From Malacoraja senta (lineage: Eukaryota): DNA of 64,000 nucleotides. The translations under genes and the position numbers were made by a program. Below the pieces are notes generated by a model that was not told the DNA's origin, ran no database searches, and saw only the letters and a program-made list of their open reading frames with translations. Below, piece after piece: positions 1 through 13,733 of this stretch. The first letter of the stretch is position 1. The number at the start of each line of letters is the position of its first letter. The stretch covers positions 2,978,001-3,042,000 of the forward strand of contig CM075992.1 in the NCBI GenBank assembly GCA_038087875.1. The letters run 5' to 3'.

Positions 1-1033
1 GAGGACCAACGGACAGCGGGGCGCGCGCACGCGCGAGGGAGGGAGGGGGTGTGGGGGTCGACGGGCACGAGCGCGGGTTTGGCGCGCGGGCCGGGATTGA
101 ACCACTCGGCTGCAGAGGGGGGGGGGGGGCGGGACGACGACACAACCAAACCCTTGTCCCAAATAACACCCCTCAATCTTCCAACACTTCACTATAATAG
201 AGCACCCCTAAACCCCCACCCTCCCCCACAATTCCTTCTGCATTAACGATTGTAAATGTTCACCAATCTAATATTTCCTTCCCACCCCCCCCCCACCAGC
301 CGATTTTTCAGACTTCCAACCCATTCATCTCAGACTCCCACAATGACAACAGGGAGGGGGGGGCAGATTTTAACATTAAGCTGTGCATTTTTTAATTAGC
401 TCGTTTTTTTCAGAAGGTGCTTTATTTAAGGTTGTTTCACTATATATTACAAGGGTGAAATTATTGGACAAAATCGCAAAGGTTTTTAATAAAATCTCTA
501 AGAGTTGAAGTTGTTATTTACGCGTCCCCCTTCAATTAAATGGATTCACCCACAGAAAAGATGAATGGGACTCGGGAGGAAACGACCATGAGGAGATCTA
601 GAGGGGTTACCAATGTTTATCGTCGTAACTACCCGCCTCAAGTGCTCCAATCGGTGTAATTTTTCCGACTTGTTTCATATAATATTGTTGAATATTGTTC
701 CCGTTCGTGCACACCAGTCTTATTTCGGTTTATGATTCAGTTTCGAGGTTGTTATTCAGCAAGCCTCCCTGTGCGGTGTTTGGGAAAGTCCACGAGTTGG
801 GATCCTCCCTGGTCACCCAATGACGTCAGACCCCCCCTCCCCCCCTGTATCTCTCGCAAGTGTCACATTCGCTGTAACTCATTCACCCAAACAAAACAAT
901 ATTAATGTCTCTGCAACCAGTTCTTTTATTTTGCATTCTTTCTCTCCTCGTGCATAATGGATCGTTCGCGATCCATCACGTTACTTTCTTCGTTTAATTT
1001 CCCAACTTCAGAGCAAAACAATACTTATCCCAT

Positions 1034-1790
1034 TAGAGATTAGTATACAAACTTAAAGCACATGGCATTGGGGGTTCAGTATTGATGTGGATAGAGAACT
1101 GGCTGGCAAACAGGAAGCAAAGAGTAGGAGTAAACGGGTCCTTTTCACAATGGCAGGCAGTGACTAGTGGGGTACCACAAGGCTCAGTGCTGGGACCCCA
1201 GCTATTTACAATATATATTAATGACCTGGAGTATTGCGTACAGTTTTGGTCTCCAAATCTGAGGAAGGACATTATTGCCATAGAGGGAGTGCAGAGAAGG
1301 TTCACCAGACTGATTCCTGGGATGTCAGGACTGTCTTATGAAGAAAGACTGGATAGACTTGGTTTATACTCTGTGGAATTTAGGAGATTGAGAGGGGATC
1401 TTATAGAAACTTACAAAATTCTTAAGGGGTTGGACAAGCTAGATGCAGGAAGATTGCTCCCGATGTTGGGGAAGTCCAGGACAAGGGGTCACAGCTTAAG
1501 GATAAGGGGGAAATCCTTTAAAACCAAGATGAGAAGAACTTTTTTCACACAGAGAGTGGTGAATCTCTGGAACTCTCTGCCACAGAGGGTAGTCGAGGCC
1601 AGTTCATTGGCTATATTTAAGAGGGAGCTAGATGTGGCCCTTGTGGCTAAAGGGATCAGAGGGTATGGAGAGAAGGCAGGTACGGGATACTGAGTTGGAT
1701 GATCAGCCATGATCATATTGAATGGCGGTGCAGGCTCGAAGGGCCGAATGGCCTACTCCTGCACCTAATTTCTATGTTTCTATGTTTCTA
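1034..1790 (+). mobile_element. CR1 (HER1-type) LINE 3' fragment with internal deletion
   Basis: ORF 1082-1693 has CR1 RT motifs (WIENWL..RKQRV, SGVPQGSVLGPQLFTIYINDL) joined directly to C-terminal EYCVQFWSP...TRGHSL..FFTQRVVNLWNSLP; ends in a (TTTCTATG)n tail. Confidence 0.92.
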
Positions 1791-2609
1791 TAGGATGAAA
1801 CTCAATTTGGTTGGCATTTTTGTTTACAAGCAAGGCTTATTAAATCGTAGATAGACACAAATGCTGAATTCCTTCTCTCCGGAGATGCTGCCTGTCCCGC
1901 TGAGTTACTCCAGCACTTTGTGTCTATCTTCGGTTTAAATTAGCATCTGCAGTTCCTTCCTACTTATTACATCGTGGTCGATTGAAGCTGTGGCCGCCGC
2001 CTCACTTTCCCCTTCTCCTCATGCTGCCCGGACGCATGTTGTCCAAATATAAAATGGATGATAGTTTTGATTGTGATTGCGGTGAGCCGGAGCCGCCTGG
2101 TCTGTAAGAGAGTCATCTTTAGAGATAGAAAGCTGCCATAAGTTATTTGCTTGGCCACGTTATAACGATAATGGAAAGAAAAAGTGCTTATCAGCACTGT
2201 AGAATGTCACTGCTCAGGACCAGTCTTAAACTGAATGTATCTGCACTACGAGGAGGATATCAATAAAGGTTAATAACACATGTATGCATTCTCACACGCC
2301 CTGTTAAATGTTAATCTATCAACAACAAAAAAGTGAAATGCACCAGTAGTAATATAAAAAAAAGTGGCAGCAGACGCATGCTATTAAAATGAGGTGATAT
2401 TTTAAAATTAAAGAATTAGAAAATCAATGATGTTCTTTTAAAAAAAAATTTAGAAAGGAAAATGTCAGAAGTGGTGATTAAGTATTTGTAGTTATGATGT
2501 AGTTATTGTGGAATGGAAATTGTCTACTTGTGTTGAAATTTATGTTAAGTAAGTATGAAAAATACGTAAGTTAATGTTAAGTATGAGAAATCTGTATGTT
2601 GGAGACGAG

Positions 2610-3035
2610 ATAATTCCAACCAAACTCATCTCGGAAGACCTCTCTGCAACTGGACTTCCTGACCCAGATGAAAGATGACAAAGGAAAGATGACAAAACAT
2701 CCTCCACGTTATTTCTGAACAGTGGTACCCTGCAGACTGTGTTCTCAACCTTCTACTATACTCCCTATCCACTCATGACTGTGCTGCCAAATTTAGCTTT
2801 GGCTCCATTTATACATTTGCTGATGACACCACCATCGTGGGCCGGATCTCAAAGATTCACAAGACAAAGTGCAGGAAGGAGATAGAGAGCTTAGTAACAT
2901 GGTGTCAAGACAACAACCTCTCCCTCAATGTCATCAACATGAAGGTGCTGACCAACAACTTCAGGAGGTGTGGAGTACATGTAGCTTTTCACTGTACCTC
3001 GAAACACGTGACAATAATAAACTAACCTAAACTAA
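2610..3035 (+). mobile_element. Decayed Rex1/Babar-type LINE fragment
   Basis: Degenerate RT motifs (FADDTTIVG; LVTWCQDNNLSLNV) followed by a catgtgacaataataaactaa-type tail. Confidence 0.6.
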
Positions 3036-3214
3036 ACAAAAATCCAACACTATGCAGTCAGTAGCAAACATCTGCACTTCTGGCAATGAAACCATTAGCT
3101 TGTCTTGAATAACCATCAGTTTCACTCATGTTCCTACCTTCATCTGCACATCATTGTGACACTATAACCATAGAAATGTGCTTGATTCTTAACTATTCAT
3201 GTTCATAAGTTATA

Positions 3215-3720
3215 CAGTGCCCCCCATAATGTTTGGGACAAAGACCCATCATTTATTTATTTGCCTCTGTACACAATTTGAGATTTGTAATAGAAAAAAT
3301 CACATGTGGTTTAAGTGCACATTGTCAGATTTTTAAAAAAAGGCCATTATTATACATTTTGGTTTCACCATGTAGAAATTACAGCAGTGTCTACACATAG
3401 TCCCCCCATTTCAGGGCACCATAATGTTTGAGACACAGCAATGTCATGTAAATAAAAGTAGTCATGTGTCCACAAGACCATTTTCCAGAACTGTGGTCGC
3501 TCTTATAAGTACTTCTTGGCAAACTGTAACCCGGCCATCCTATTTTTGCGGCTAACCTGTGGTTTGCATCTTGCAGTGTAGCCTCTGTATTTCTGTTCAT
3601 GAAGTCTTCTGCGGACAGTGGTCATTGACAAATCCACACTTGACTCTGTCGGACAGAGTCTTTATTATAGAGAGAATTATTCTGTCATCAGCTGTGGAGG
3701 TCTTCCTTGGCCTGCCAGTG
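3215..3720 (-). mobile_element. Tc1-type DNA transposon remnant (one TIR plus transposase fragment)
   Basis: TA|CAGTGCCC terminus at 3213-3222 with an inner direct repeat (ccataatgtttg) near 3419; minus strand translates TGRPRKTSTADDRII and VDLSMTTVRRRLHEQKYRGYTARCKP..SRKNRMAGLQFAKKY (Tc1 GRPR/HTH region). Confidence 0.85.
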
Positions 3721-3999
3721 AAAAGTTAGTGATTTTTAAAAAGTTTAAAAAGAGGGAGGGGGTGGGGGTTGAAGAGGAGGGGGGGAGTGCTGCAGGATGA
3801 GGGGAAATGAGCCGCGTCTGAGCAGTTGGGGGCTATGGGTGAGTGGTGGAATATTGCGTTGGTGGAACGGGTTACGTTGGGGGAACGGGTGAGTGGTGGA
3901 ATATTACATTGGGGGAACGGGACCCAACCAGTCCCACTTAGTCTAGTAGAATATAAAAGCTAGGACATTAGTCTAGAAATGTTACAATGCTAGTTAAGC

Positions 4000-5900
4000 C
4001 ACAACGTGCACAATGTATCATTCCAGTCATCACATTGTGCAACTGTTCTGGAGAGAACACAAAGATAATTTGCAAAAATGTTGCCAGGAATAGAAAATTG
4101 TAGCCTTAAGGAAAGATTAGATATGCTTTTCTTTGGAACAGAGGGCTAAGGGAAGACTTCATAGGGGTTATAAAATTACTAGATTGAATGGATAAGAAGA
4201 CCAGTCAGAGGCTGAGGGAAGATGTATATCCAATAATGAAAGGCCTGGATAGAGTGGATGTGGAGAGGATGTTTCCACTAGTGGGGGAGTCTGGGACCAG
4301 AGGCCATTGCCTCAGAATAAAATAATGTACCTGTAGAAAAGAAACAAGAAGGAATTTCTTTAGTCAGAGGTGGTGAATCTGTGGAATTCATCACCACAAA
4401 CAGCAGTGGAGGCCAAGTCAATGGATATTTTAAAGGCGGAGATTGACAGATTCTTGATTAGTACGGGTGTCAGGGGTTATGGGGAGCAGGAAGGAGAATG
4501 GGGGTTGAGAGCTAAAGATTGGTCAGCCATGATTGAATGGTGGAGTAGACTTGATGGGCCAAATGGCTTAATTTTGCTCCTATAACGTATGAACATATAA
4601 AAAGATGAGAGGCATAGATATATACAGTTAATGGCACAACCTTTGAAAATTGACATACAGGGGGATCTTAGGGTCCAAGTCCATAGCTCTCTGAAAGTGG
4701 CAACACGATTAGAAAGAATACTAAAGAAAGCATATGGTAGCTTGCTTTTATAGGTTGGGACATTGAGTATAAGAGTCAGCAAGTCATGATGCAGCACAAT
4801 AAGACTGACTAGGCCGTATTTGGAATATTGTGTGCAGTTCTGGTCACCCCATGACAGAAAGGTTGTGAAGGCTTTGGAGAAGGTTAGGTTACCAGAACAC
4901 TGCCTGAATTAGTGGGTATTAGTTATAAGGGGAAGTTGGATAACTTGGATTAGTTTTTTTAGGAATGCTGGAGATTGAGGGGAATACTTGATCAAAGTAT
5001 ATATTATGAGAGTCTTGACTTGGTCTTAGACCACAGTCTTAAAATAAAGGGGAGGTCATTTAAGACTGAGGTGAGAAAAAAATATTTCACCCAGAGTTGT
5101 GAATTTATGGAATTCCCTGCCACAGAGGGCAGTGGAGGCCAAATCACTGGATGGATTTAAGAGAGTTAGATAAAGCTCTAGGGGCTAGTGGCGTCAAGGG
5201 ATATGGGGAGAAGGCAGGCACGGGTTATTGATAGGGAACGATCAGCCATGATCACAATGAATGGCGGTGCTGACTCGAAGGGCCGAATGGCCTCCTCCTG
5301 CACCTATTTTCTATGTTTCTATGAGAGGCATAGAGGCAGATAGTCTGAACCTTTTTCCCCAGGTGGAAATGTCAAAGACTAGAGGGATAAAATTTAAAGG
5401 AGATATGCAGGGGAACATTTTTTTATGGGGGAAGTAAGTTTATGAGAATGATCCTGTATACTGGAGTTTAGAAGGATGAGGGGGATCTCATTCTTCTTCT
5501 TCGTGCATATGGCGTGCACAGCCTAACGTTCTAGGACAACTTGTTCTATTTGATCTTATTTGATTGTGCACGCCAGGAATTCATTACCACAGACAGTGGT
5601 GGAGGCCAAGTCATTGGGTATTTTTAAAGCGAAGATTGATAGATTCTTAAGTCTGAAGAAGTGTCTCAACCCAAAACATCACCCATTCCATCTCCCCAGA
5701 GATGCTGTTGTCCTGTAGTTTCTCCAGCATTTTGTGTCTACCTTCGATTTAAACCAGCATCTGCAGTTCTTTCTTACACAATGATAGATTCTTGATTAGT
5801 ATGAACATCGAAGGTTAAAGGGTGAAGACAAGAAGTTGGAGTTGAGAGGAAAAAAATAGATCGAATGGCGGAGCAGACTCGATGGGCCGAATGGCCTAAT
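4000..5900 (+). mobile_element. Cluster of nested CR1 LINE 3' fragments and Penelope-derived short repeats
   Basis: Repeated VVNLWNS.PQ.AVEA..MDI.KAEIDRFL coding remnants and gatcagccatga..tgaatggcgg..gggccgaatggcct tails. Confidence 0.85.
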
Positions 5901-7491
5901 TCTGCTCCTGTCTCATGGTAATTTATGTAACTTATCTTTTTGTGACTCAGTATCATGATTTAAATTGATACTCTCCAGACAATTTATACAAATTCTTCAG
6001 CTCATGTATTCATATCAACTTACGTTCACATATCGATGCTGCAACAAAAAAAATAATTGGTGGTATAAATCTTTACCGCATGAGTTGCGCGCAAAATTGG
6101 TCAGGCAGACACTCTGCTGGTTTGATTGAGTCGTTTGTTCTTTATCGGCACACAAGATGGCAGTGTTCCCCATAAAGGTAATGCTTCAGTTGTAGTCACC
6201 CTCAGTACCGTGACCAGGGCATAGGAATTAGACAAGATGGATTGAGAACTGGCCCCATGCAACTACAAATGTTACTGCACTCAGGAAATTAAAGAGGTGA
6301 AGTAGTTATGAGTGTGAGATATGATCCAGGCTCAGAAGGTACTGATTAAAGGCAGCATTAGAAAGAACAATAGGAAATGTACTGAACCTTTAACAGTGGG
6401 AGCCCTGTAGGAAAGTCAACAAATACATAAGAGAGAGAGAATGAGAGAGGTAACTAAAGGCTGAGCAGAACACAAGTGTCTTGATTAGTATGGTGTCAGG
6501 GGTAATGGGGAGAAGGCTGGAGAATGGGAATAGGAGGGATACAGTAGATCAGCCTGATTGAATGATGGAATCGAATGGCCTAATTCTGCTCCTATTACTT
6601 AAGATCTTATGAAGTGCTGGAGGAACTTAATGTGTAAGGCAGCTGTCCATTCCCTCCACAAATGCTGCCTGACCCGTTGAGTTCCTCCAGCACTTTGTGT
6701 TTTGCTCATGATCCCAGCATCTGCAGTTCCTTGTGCCTCCAGGTTACTAAAGGTCGATTAAAGGTTATGATCAGCACAGCCAATTGCTCATTACATGGTA
6801 TGGGGGGCAATGGGGCTAAATAGTCTCTGCTCCACTCTAATCAAGATGTTGTAGCACCTGGATACAGGATTAACAGAGTGTTTCTCTATGTGGCTAATAA
6901 CCAGACAACCAGTTGGAGTAACTCAGTGGGTCAGACAGCATCTCAAGTGGACTTTTGGGGTTGGGACCATTCTTCAGATTGATGGCAGCAGGGGGAAGAA
7001 AGTTGCAGAGATGGGATGGTGGGGGTGTGTTGTGACAGGTGAGGGGATTTTAATTTGTAGATGGGTGGACAAAGGCAAGAGATAAGGAAGCAAAAGGGTG
7101 ACAAAATTGTATCAGATAAGGAGAGAGACGAGGAGTGAAAAAGATTTGAGAGGAAACAGTGAGAGGTGTTCAGAAGCATGACAGGTTTGGGTGGTGTAAA
7201 TAGAGACTGTTCTCATTAGTGCATGTTTCAGAAACTAGGACATGATGGCCCAAAGATACAAGGGAATATAAGGAATATTTGTGTGCAGGAAGTATTAATG
7301 ATTTGGAGTTTACTGCCCGAAATCAAAGCTTTCAGAAGTAAATTGGACCAATAGATAAAAGGGAAAGAAAAATACTTTCAGAGCTACTGAGAAAAAAGGG
7401 TGCATGGGAGGTGCAGATGGAAGGTCCAAAGGAAGCATCCCGAGCTGTACAATTAGATTCCAGAACGAACAAACCAGAGTTTTTCAATGCA

Positions 7492-7497
7492 TTTAAT
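7492..7497 (-). promoter_or_regulatory. Candidate distal polyadenylation signal (ATTAAA) of the SURF4-like gene
   Basis: ATTAAA on the minus strand followed by a GT-rich element (ggtttgttcgttctg), at the end of a ~1.55 kb repeat-free stretch downstream of the stop codon. Confidence 0.5.
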
Positions 7498-8301
7498 GTC
7501 ATCCGGCAGAATTATAATACAGCCACAATGTCAAGACATTCAATAGTCTGCAATGCCTACACTTACTGCTGCAGAATCTTCAGACACTTTCATACTAAAC
7601 ACATTAAAATCTATTTATAAAACAGTGAAGTGTCCGCATAAAATGGTTTTGGCAAATTGTGTACCAGTCGTACTGCAATGTTTAGAGGCTTCGGAGAGTG
7701 AAACCGTTGAATTTTTGCACGTCCCGCAACTTTGATTTCGTACACGTGTAAGATGCAGCCTCCTCTTCCTCTCCCCCTGAATCTTTCTCAATGCAACTCC
7801 AGTCAGAAAGCCACTGCAACAGGGGAAGTGGTCACCAGAAAAGAATGAGGAACCAATATATTTTCATTACTGCCACGTCCCTCACTGGTCAAAACATGGT
7901 TACATTTCCCCCCAAATGAGTATCTAATTTGTATTCTTCTTGTGCTATCGTGGAATGACACCTAACACAATGTAGGCACAACATGGGGGAGAAGAGGAGG
8001 AAGGAAGGCTGCGATGCACCAGTCCATGGTACTTGCTTGTTGCCTGATAGCACTGGCAATAATATTGAAACACTCGACTTCTGAAATATGACCAATAAAT
8101 ATAATTGCCGCTCCAACACATGGAAAAGAGAGCTTGGCTTTAGCCAAGGAGCTAATGAAGGACAAGCAAAACATTGTCAATAAGAAGCTTTTTAGGTACA
8201 GTGTCTGTTAAAAGATTGTTTACGAGTTACACAGAGTTTGGCTCCAATTGATTGTTTGACTGCTCGTTCAGCCAGTCACAGTGTACAGGTTGTGCCCACC
8301 C

Positions 8302-8307
8302 TTTATT
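8302..8307 (-). promoter_or_regulatory. Candidate proximal polyadenylation signal (AATAAA)
   Basis: Canonical hexamer on the minus strand ~740 nt downstream of the stop. Confidence 0.3.
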
Positions 8308-9047
8308 CCGCCCTCGGGTGCTGGCTTACCAAAGACATTGAATTAAAGACAATAAAACAAACATTTGGTCTTCAGTCTGGCCAGGAAAGGAAAGCTGATA
8401 TCTTCCCAGCGTTGCCTTCGTAAAAGAACTAAGTTGAAATTCAAAACAAGAACGCATTGCTGTGCAAGGCACTTGAATTTGTAATCAGGTAGCTGTATCA
8501 TGTTTTAAGGTTCATAGTATCTGAATATTCATTTCATTTAAATGACAGACCGATAGGATATTCAAGATAATCAGGTGTTTTCTTATGAAACCAGTTGAAA
8601 TGGAGGACTAAGTTTAAGGAATGTGTGTGAGCGACTTGTTTAGATAAAGCATTTGAGACACGGTGCCTCCCATGACCATTCTTTACCATTAAACCTAACA
8701 GAATTGTCTAATTACCCATGAAGTCATCTTGCTCATAGAATTTGTTAGATTATCTGAAACATTTAAAAGGGCAGAAAATACCTCCCAGCCAATCATCCTC
8801 CAGTACTGATTGTACCAGAATGTTCTATGAAGAAAGATTGTACCAGGACTGACTGCCTGGTAAATTTTGGCACCGATTTTAACATGACTTAATACCCAAA
8901 CACTGGAAGGGAAGGAAAAATGGATGTGTGATTTTTAAGTCTCACTTGAAGCCCGAGGGAATAAAATCCAGCTTCAGACAGAGAAACTTTACGGTAGTAG
9001 AAACAATTTTAAAAAATGACATTTTTCCCCTTCTCACCATCCCCCAA

Positions 9048-9335
<288 letters not shown>

Positions 9336-9464
9336 TTAGGGAATTTTCCATCTTAAAAAAAAAACTCTTACAGCCCTGCTTCCTACATATGTGTCTTCAG
9401 ACTCACGTCAACATGTTTGGAGCTGCCTCTGAAGTGGCCCAGTAAGCTACTCTAAAGTAAAGTA

Positions 9465-9710
9465 GTAAAGTAAATTTATTTATATAGCACTTTTCAATCT
9501 ATTTCAATCACTGAAGCCAAAGTGCTTTACAGAGAAAATTATCCATATAAATGAAAAAAAAAAGAGGTAGAAAAAAAAGACACGACACACTATTACAGAT
9601 TCAACACGAACATCCCCCCACAGCAGAGTCGACACTCTCCACTGTGAGGGAAAGGCACCAAAATGTCCAGTCCTCCTCCTAGTCCACCCGAGGTCGGGGC
9701 CAAATACTCT
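9465..9710 (-). mobile_element. 3' fragment of a non-autonomous retroelement with an L2-type tail
   Basis: Minus strand ends tgtaaagcactttgg...gaaaagtgctatataaataaatttacttt; shares a stem-loop with the elements at 37202-38185 and 39093-39933. Confidence 0.6.
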
Positions 9711-9743
9711 AGTCAAGGGCCATTGATGCTGATGCTGCTAGTT

Positions 9744-10048
9744 ACATGGTGGCACAGTGGTAGAGATGTTGCCTTACAGTGCCAGAGACCCAGGTTTGAT
9801 CCCGACTACGGGTGCTGTCTGTACAGTTGTACATTCTCCCCGTGTGTTTTCTCCTAGATCTTCGGTTGCCTCCCACACTCCAAAGATGTGCAGGTATGTA
9901 GGTAAATTGGCTTGGTGTAAAATGTAAAATTGTTCCTAGTGTGTGTGTGTGTAGGATAGTGTTAATGTGTGGGGATCGCTGGTCGGTGCAGACTCAGTGG
10001 GCCGAAGGGCCTGTTTCCGCACGGTATCTCTAAACTAGACTAAACTAA
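9744..10048 (+). mobile_element. tRNA-derived V-SINE (HE1-type)
   Basis: Box A/B-like head (ggtggcacagtggtagag..ggtttgatccc), V-domain (cctcccacactccaaaga), CR1-like tail gggccgaagggcctgtttcc...taaact repeats. Confidence 0.85.
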
Positions 10049-11108
10049 TGCCCACTTCCCAGGAATGAATAAAAGAACCACTGACAACACACTTTGCATG
10101 GTCTTTTGGAATATGACACATCCTTGAGAGGTACAAATACATAAGCAGCCCATCAACCCTGTAAAACATGCAATTAATTTAGAGCTGCATAGAGTTTATA
10201 ACAATATCATCTATTTATTCATGCCTTTAACAATGCAAAATGTTCTAAGGTAATTCGCAACAGCAACAACAAAAATAAATTGAGCCACGTAAAGATGAAA
10301 GGGAAGCAGACCATAAGTTATGACCCCCCCCCCCCCAACCACCATCAAAAGGATCTATAGAAAGCAGTGCCTCAAAAAGGCAGCCACACCACCCTCTCAT
10401 TACACTCCTGGTATTGGGAAGAAGATATAGGAGTCCTAAAACTGTAACCTCCAGGTTCAAGCACAGCTTCTTTCCAATAATCATCAGACTATTGACGTAA
10501 TCAGGATCCAGTGTAGTCCCATGAGCACAATGGCCGATAGGTGAATGGGGATCTGGTGTGAGTTTTTAGATGACCTGAAGTTTACAGACAGTAGTACTAG
10601 AAGGTTGGCAAGTGAATCAAGAAGCAATAACTGCTTTAGTGATTGATGAAAGGAACACAACCTCTGGCTGGGGTCTGTTACAGGTTCCCCAGATATTTTA
10701 GGGACTCAAATGTTATCACTCACACATTTGAATGAAATCAAATATATCTGAAGCTTTGCATCCACTTTTGCCTGCGATGCTGAGCTAAGCAAAGTTTGGT
10801 TTGATTGGAGTGAGAAGTTGCTATCAGTCAGTCAGCGGGCAAAGCCGGGCAGAAATAAATCAAAGATAGGCACAAAAAGCTGGAGTAACTCAGCAGGACA
10901 GGCAGCATCTCTGGAGAGAAGGAATGGGTGACGTTTTGGGTCTAAAGAAGGGTCTCGACCCGAAACGTCACCAATTTTCTCACCAACATTTTTATGCAAT
11001 TGTACAGTGAGGTAGAATATTCCTGCTTATGATATTGAGAAAACCTTCCTTTTAAATTTTATCACAGCACAAGATCTTGTATCAAATTAATATGTATTGG
11101 GCATTTTA

Positions 11109-11351
<243 letters not shown>

Positions 11352-11573
11352 TCAATAAAAGCGATGGCTAAAATTTGCAATACAAAATATAATACTTCTT
11401 GTAAGTTTTGCATAATGTCAAAATTTCCTCATCACATAAGGTTTTGAGGAAAACATTAGGATTAGAATTTTTTTTTTTAACTGGATTTTCAGCTTCAACA
11501 ACAAGGAATCATAAACATATTATTTCACATTTAGAGGCAAATCGTTAGTTACTGTCAAGCTTGTAATAATTAC

Positions 11574-11617
11574 CTCATAAGGAAATGAATATCCCAGAGA
11601 ATACTGTATGCAAGAGT
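11574..11617 (-). CDS. SURF4: SURF4-family protein, exon 4
   Basis: ttttttccag acceptor, gtaatt donor; TLAYSILWDIHFLM(R); 44 nt; phases match neighbouring exons. Confidence 0.95.
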
Positions 11618-12942
11618 CTGGAAAAAATGACAAAGTTGCATTATAATTGGCTTAAAACCCTAACAACCAAGGCAAGTGGCAAATACATTCATATTGGAAC
11701 CACTAAATGTTAGAGGAATGGTGGACTTATTACACAAGTACCAATCTCCTGTTCTTTCTTCACCCCTTCCCCTTTCCCTTCCTCTCCCCCCCCCCCCCCC
11801 TATCAAGTCAATATCCACATTATAAATTCTGCTGGAATGTAGAAACAGGAATTGAAGATAGGAACTGCAGATATTGAAGATAGACACAAAGTGCTGGAGT
11901 AACTCAGCGGGACAGGCACTATCTCTAGTCGTTTTGGGTTGGGACCCTTCCTCAGAAACTGAAATGTTTTAAGTAAAAAGAATAAATCTCTTAAGTATCC
12001 CTTTCCTTTTATTGGTCTCAGATTTATCTCAAAACTGATTGTTGCTTGTTATATCCCCCAAAACTGAATGCTGACCTCAGTTTGCTTTTAAAATACATTG
12101 CACGTACAAAGACCATGTACAAAGGATGTCAAAAAAAGTAAAACTGCTAAAGAAACTCAGCAGGTCAGGCAGCATCTGTGGAGGGAAATGGACAGTCAAT
12201 GTTTTGGGTCGAGACCCTTCATGTAGATTGAAGATGACTAGATGAAAGGTCTCAAGACAAGATGTTGATTGTCTATTTCCCTCCACAGATGCTGCTCAAT
12301 TCCTCCAGCAGTTCTTTTTTTTCCTACAGATTTCAGAATCTACCGTCTCTCTTGTGCTTCTACTTTCAGGACGTTTTTTTGTTTTCGAGTCAATGAAATA
12401 GTGTGTAATATAGTGAAAACTGGAGCCATCAGAATGAGTACTATATAAGAAGTTTTAATTAGGTACAAACAGGGCTCAGGACCCCGAAGATCATTACGCT
12501 TTGAAAGATGGACCTTTAACTTTCATCTGAGGGTAATACAGGCTACCAGCTCAATGCCTCATCCAAAAAATAGCATGCTGTGGTCTACTCTCAGTGGAGT
12601 GGGATTTAACCAAAAGCAACCTAACACTGCATTGCCCAACAAGTCACAGATCACACTTCCTTTGCAGCTATTTTCATGGCCCCTAAGTTCTAATTCATTA
12701 TTTGGAGGCATTTACTTTTTATCCAACTTAATAGATTACATTTAAACAACTTTATACTTTACGCGATAATCTTAGATTTAAGGGTGTTTGGGACGAAAGA
12801 TAATGCTGTCGTTTATTTCATCAAGTCTGCTTATTAGACCATAACAGACAACACTAAGAAATAGGGAAGCATTCTGAGAGCAAGGGACTGCATGCGAAAA
12901 ATACGATTATTTCAGCTTTTACATTTCCATCAACCATAATTA

Positions 12943-13237
12943 TAGTTTAGTTAAATTGTTTTAGTTTAGAGATACAGCGCGGAAACAAGCCCTTCAGCCC
13001 ATCGAGTCCGCGCCGACCAGCAATCCCCACACACTAGGGACAATATACAATTTTACCAAAGCCAATTAACCTACAAACCTGTACGCCTTTGGAGTGTGGG
13101 AGAAAACCGGAGATCCCGGAAAAACCCTACATAGGTCACATGGAGAACATGCAAACTCTGTACAGACAGCACCCATAGTCAGTATCGAACCCGGGTCTCT
13201 GGTGCTGTAAGGCATCAGCTCTATGGCTGCGCCACCG
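12943..13237 (-). mobile_element. tRNA-derived V-SINE (HE1-type)
   Basis: Reverse complement of the SINE family seen at 9744 and 18225. Confidence 0.85.
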
Positions 13238-13656
13238 GATAAGACTTAACATGGGAAAACTTGTCAAGCACACATATAATCAAACCCAAAGAAGAGGCAA
13301 AGTTTAGGAACCATGTACAAGTCCCTGTTTGATACAGGTTAGAAGACTTATTTCCACATGGCACAATGGAGGGGATAATTTGACACTAAATTATCAAAAT
13401 CGAAGGTTTAATTTGACACTTGTCTGCATCCCCATCTTGTATTTCTAAACCAGAAGGGATAATTTATTTAGTAAAGCATTGCATCCTCCTGAAGGAACAT
13501 CAGATTAATAAAACGGAATATACTCAGAGGGTATATTAAACAGGAATTACTATGTTTTTTTTTACATAAACAAGGCAATATCTTTCACAGAGGCAGCCAC
13601 AAGATTAATTCTATCAGCACTATAGACTTGTCCATAAAATAAAATGTGTTACTTAC

Positions 13657-13733
13657 CTGCATGACAATGAGTAAAAATAAACCACCGCAAGCATAAGGCA
13701 CAAACCTCTGGGTCAGTACGAGGATGCAACCAC
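13657..13733 (-). CDS. SURF4: SURF4-family protein, exon 3
   Basis: cag acceptor, gtaagt donor; (G)GCILVLTQRFVPYACGGLFLLIVMQ; 77 nt. Confidence 0.95.

Noticed and set aside
2037..2108. Short ORF MLSKYKMDDSFDCDCGEPEPPGL
   Set aside because: Too short, no splice context or homology I can support
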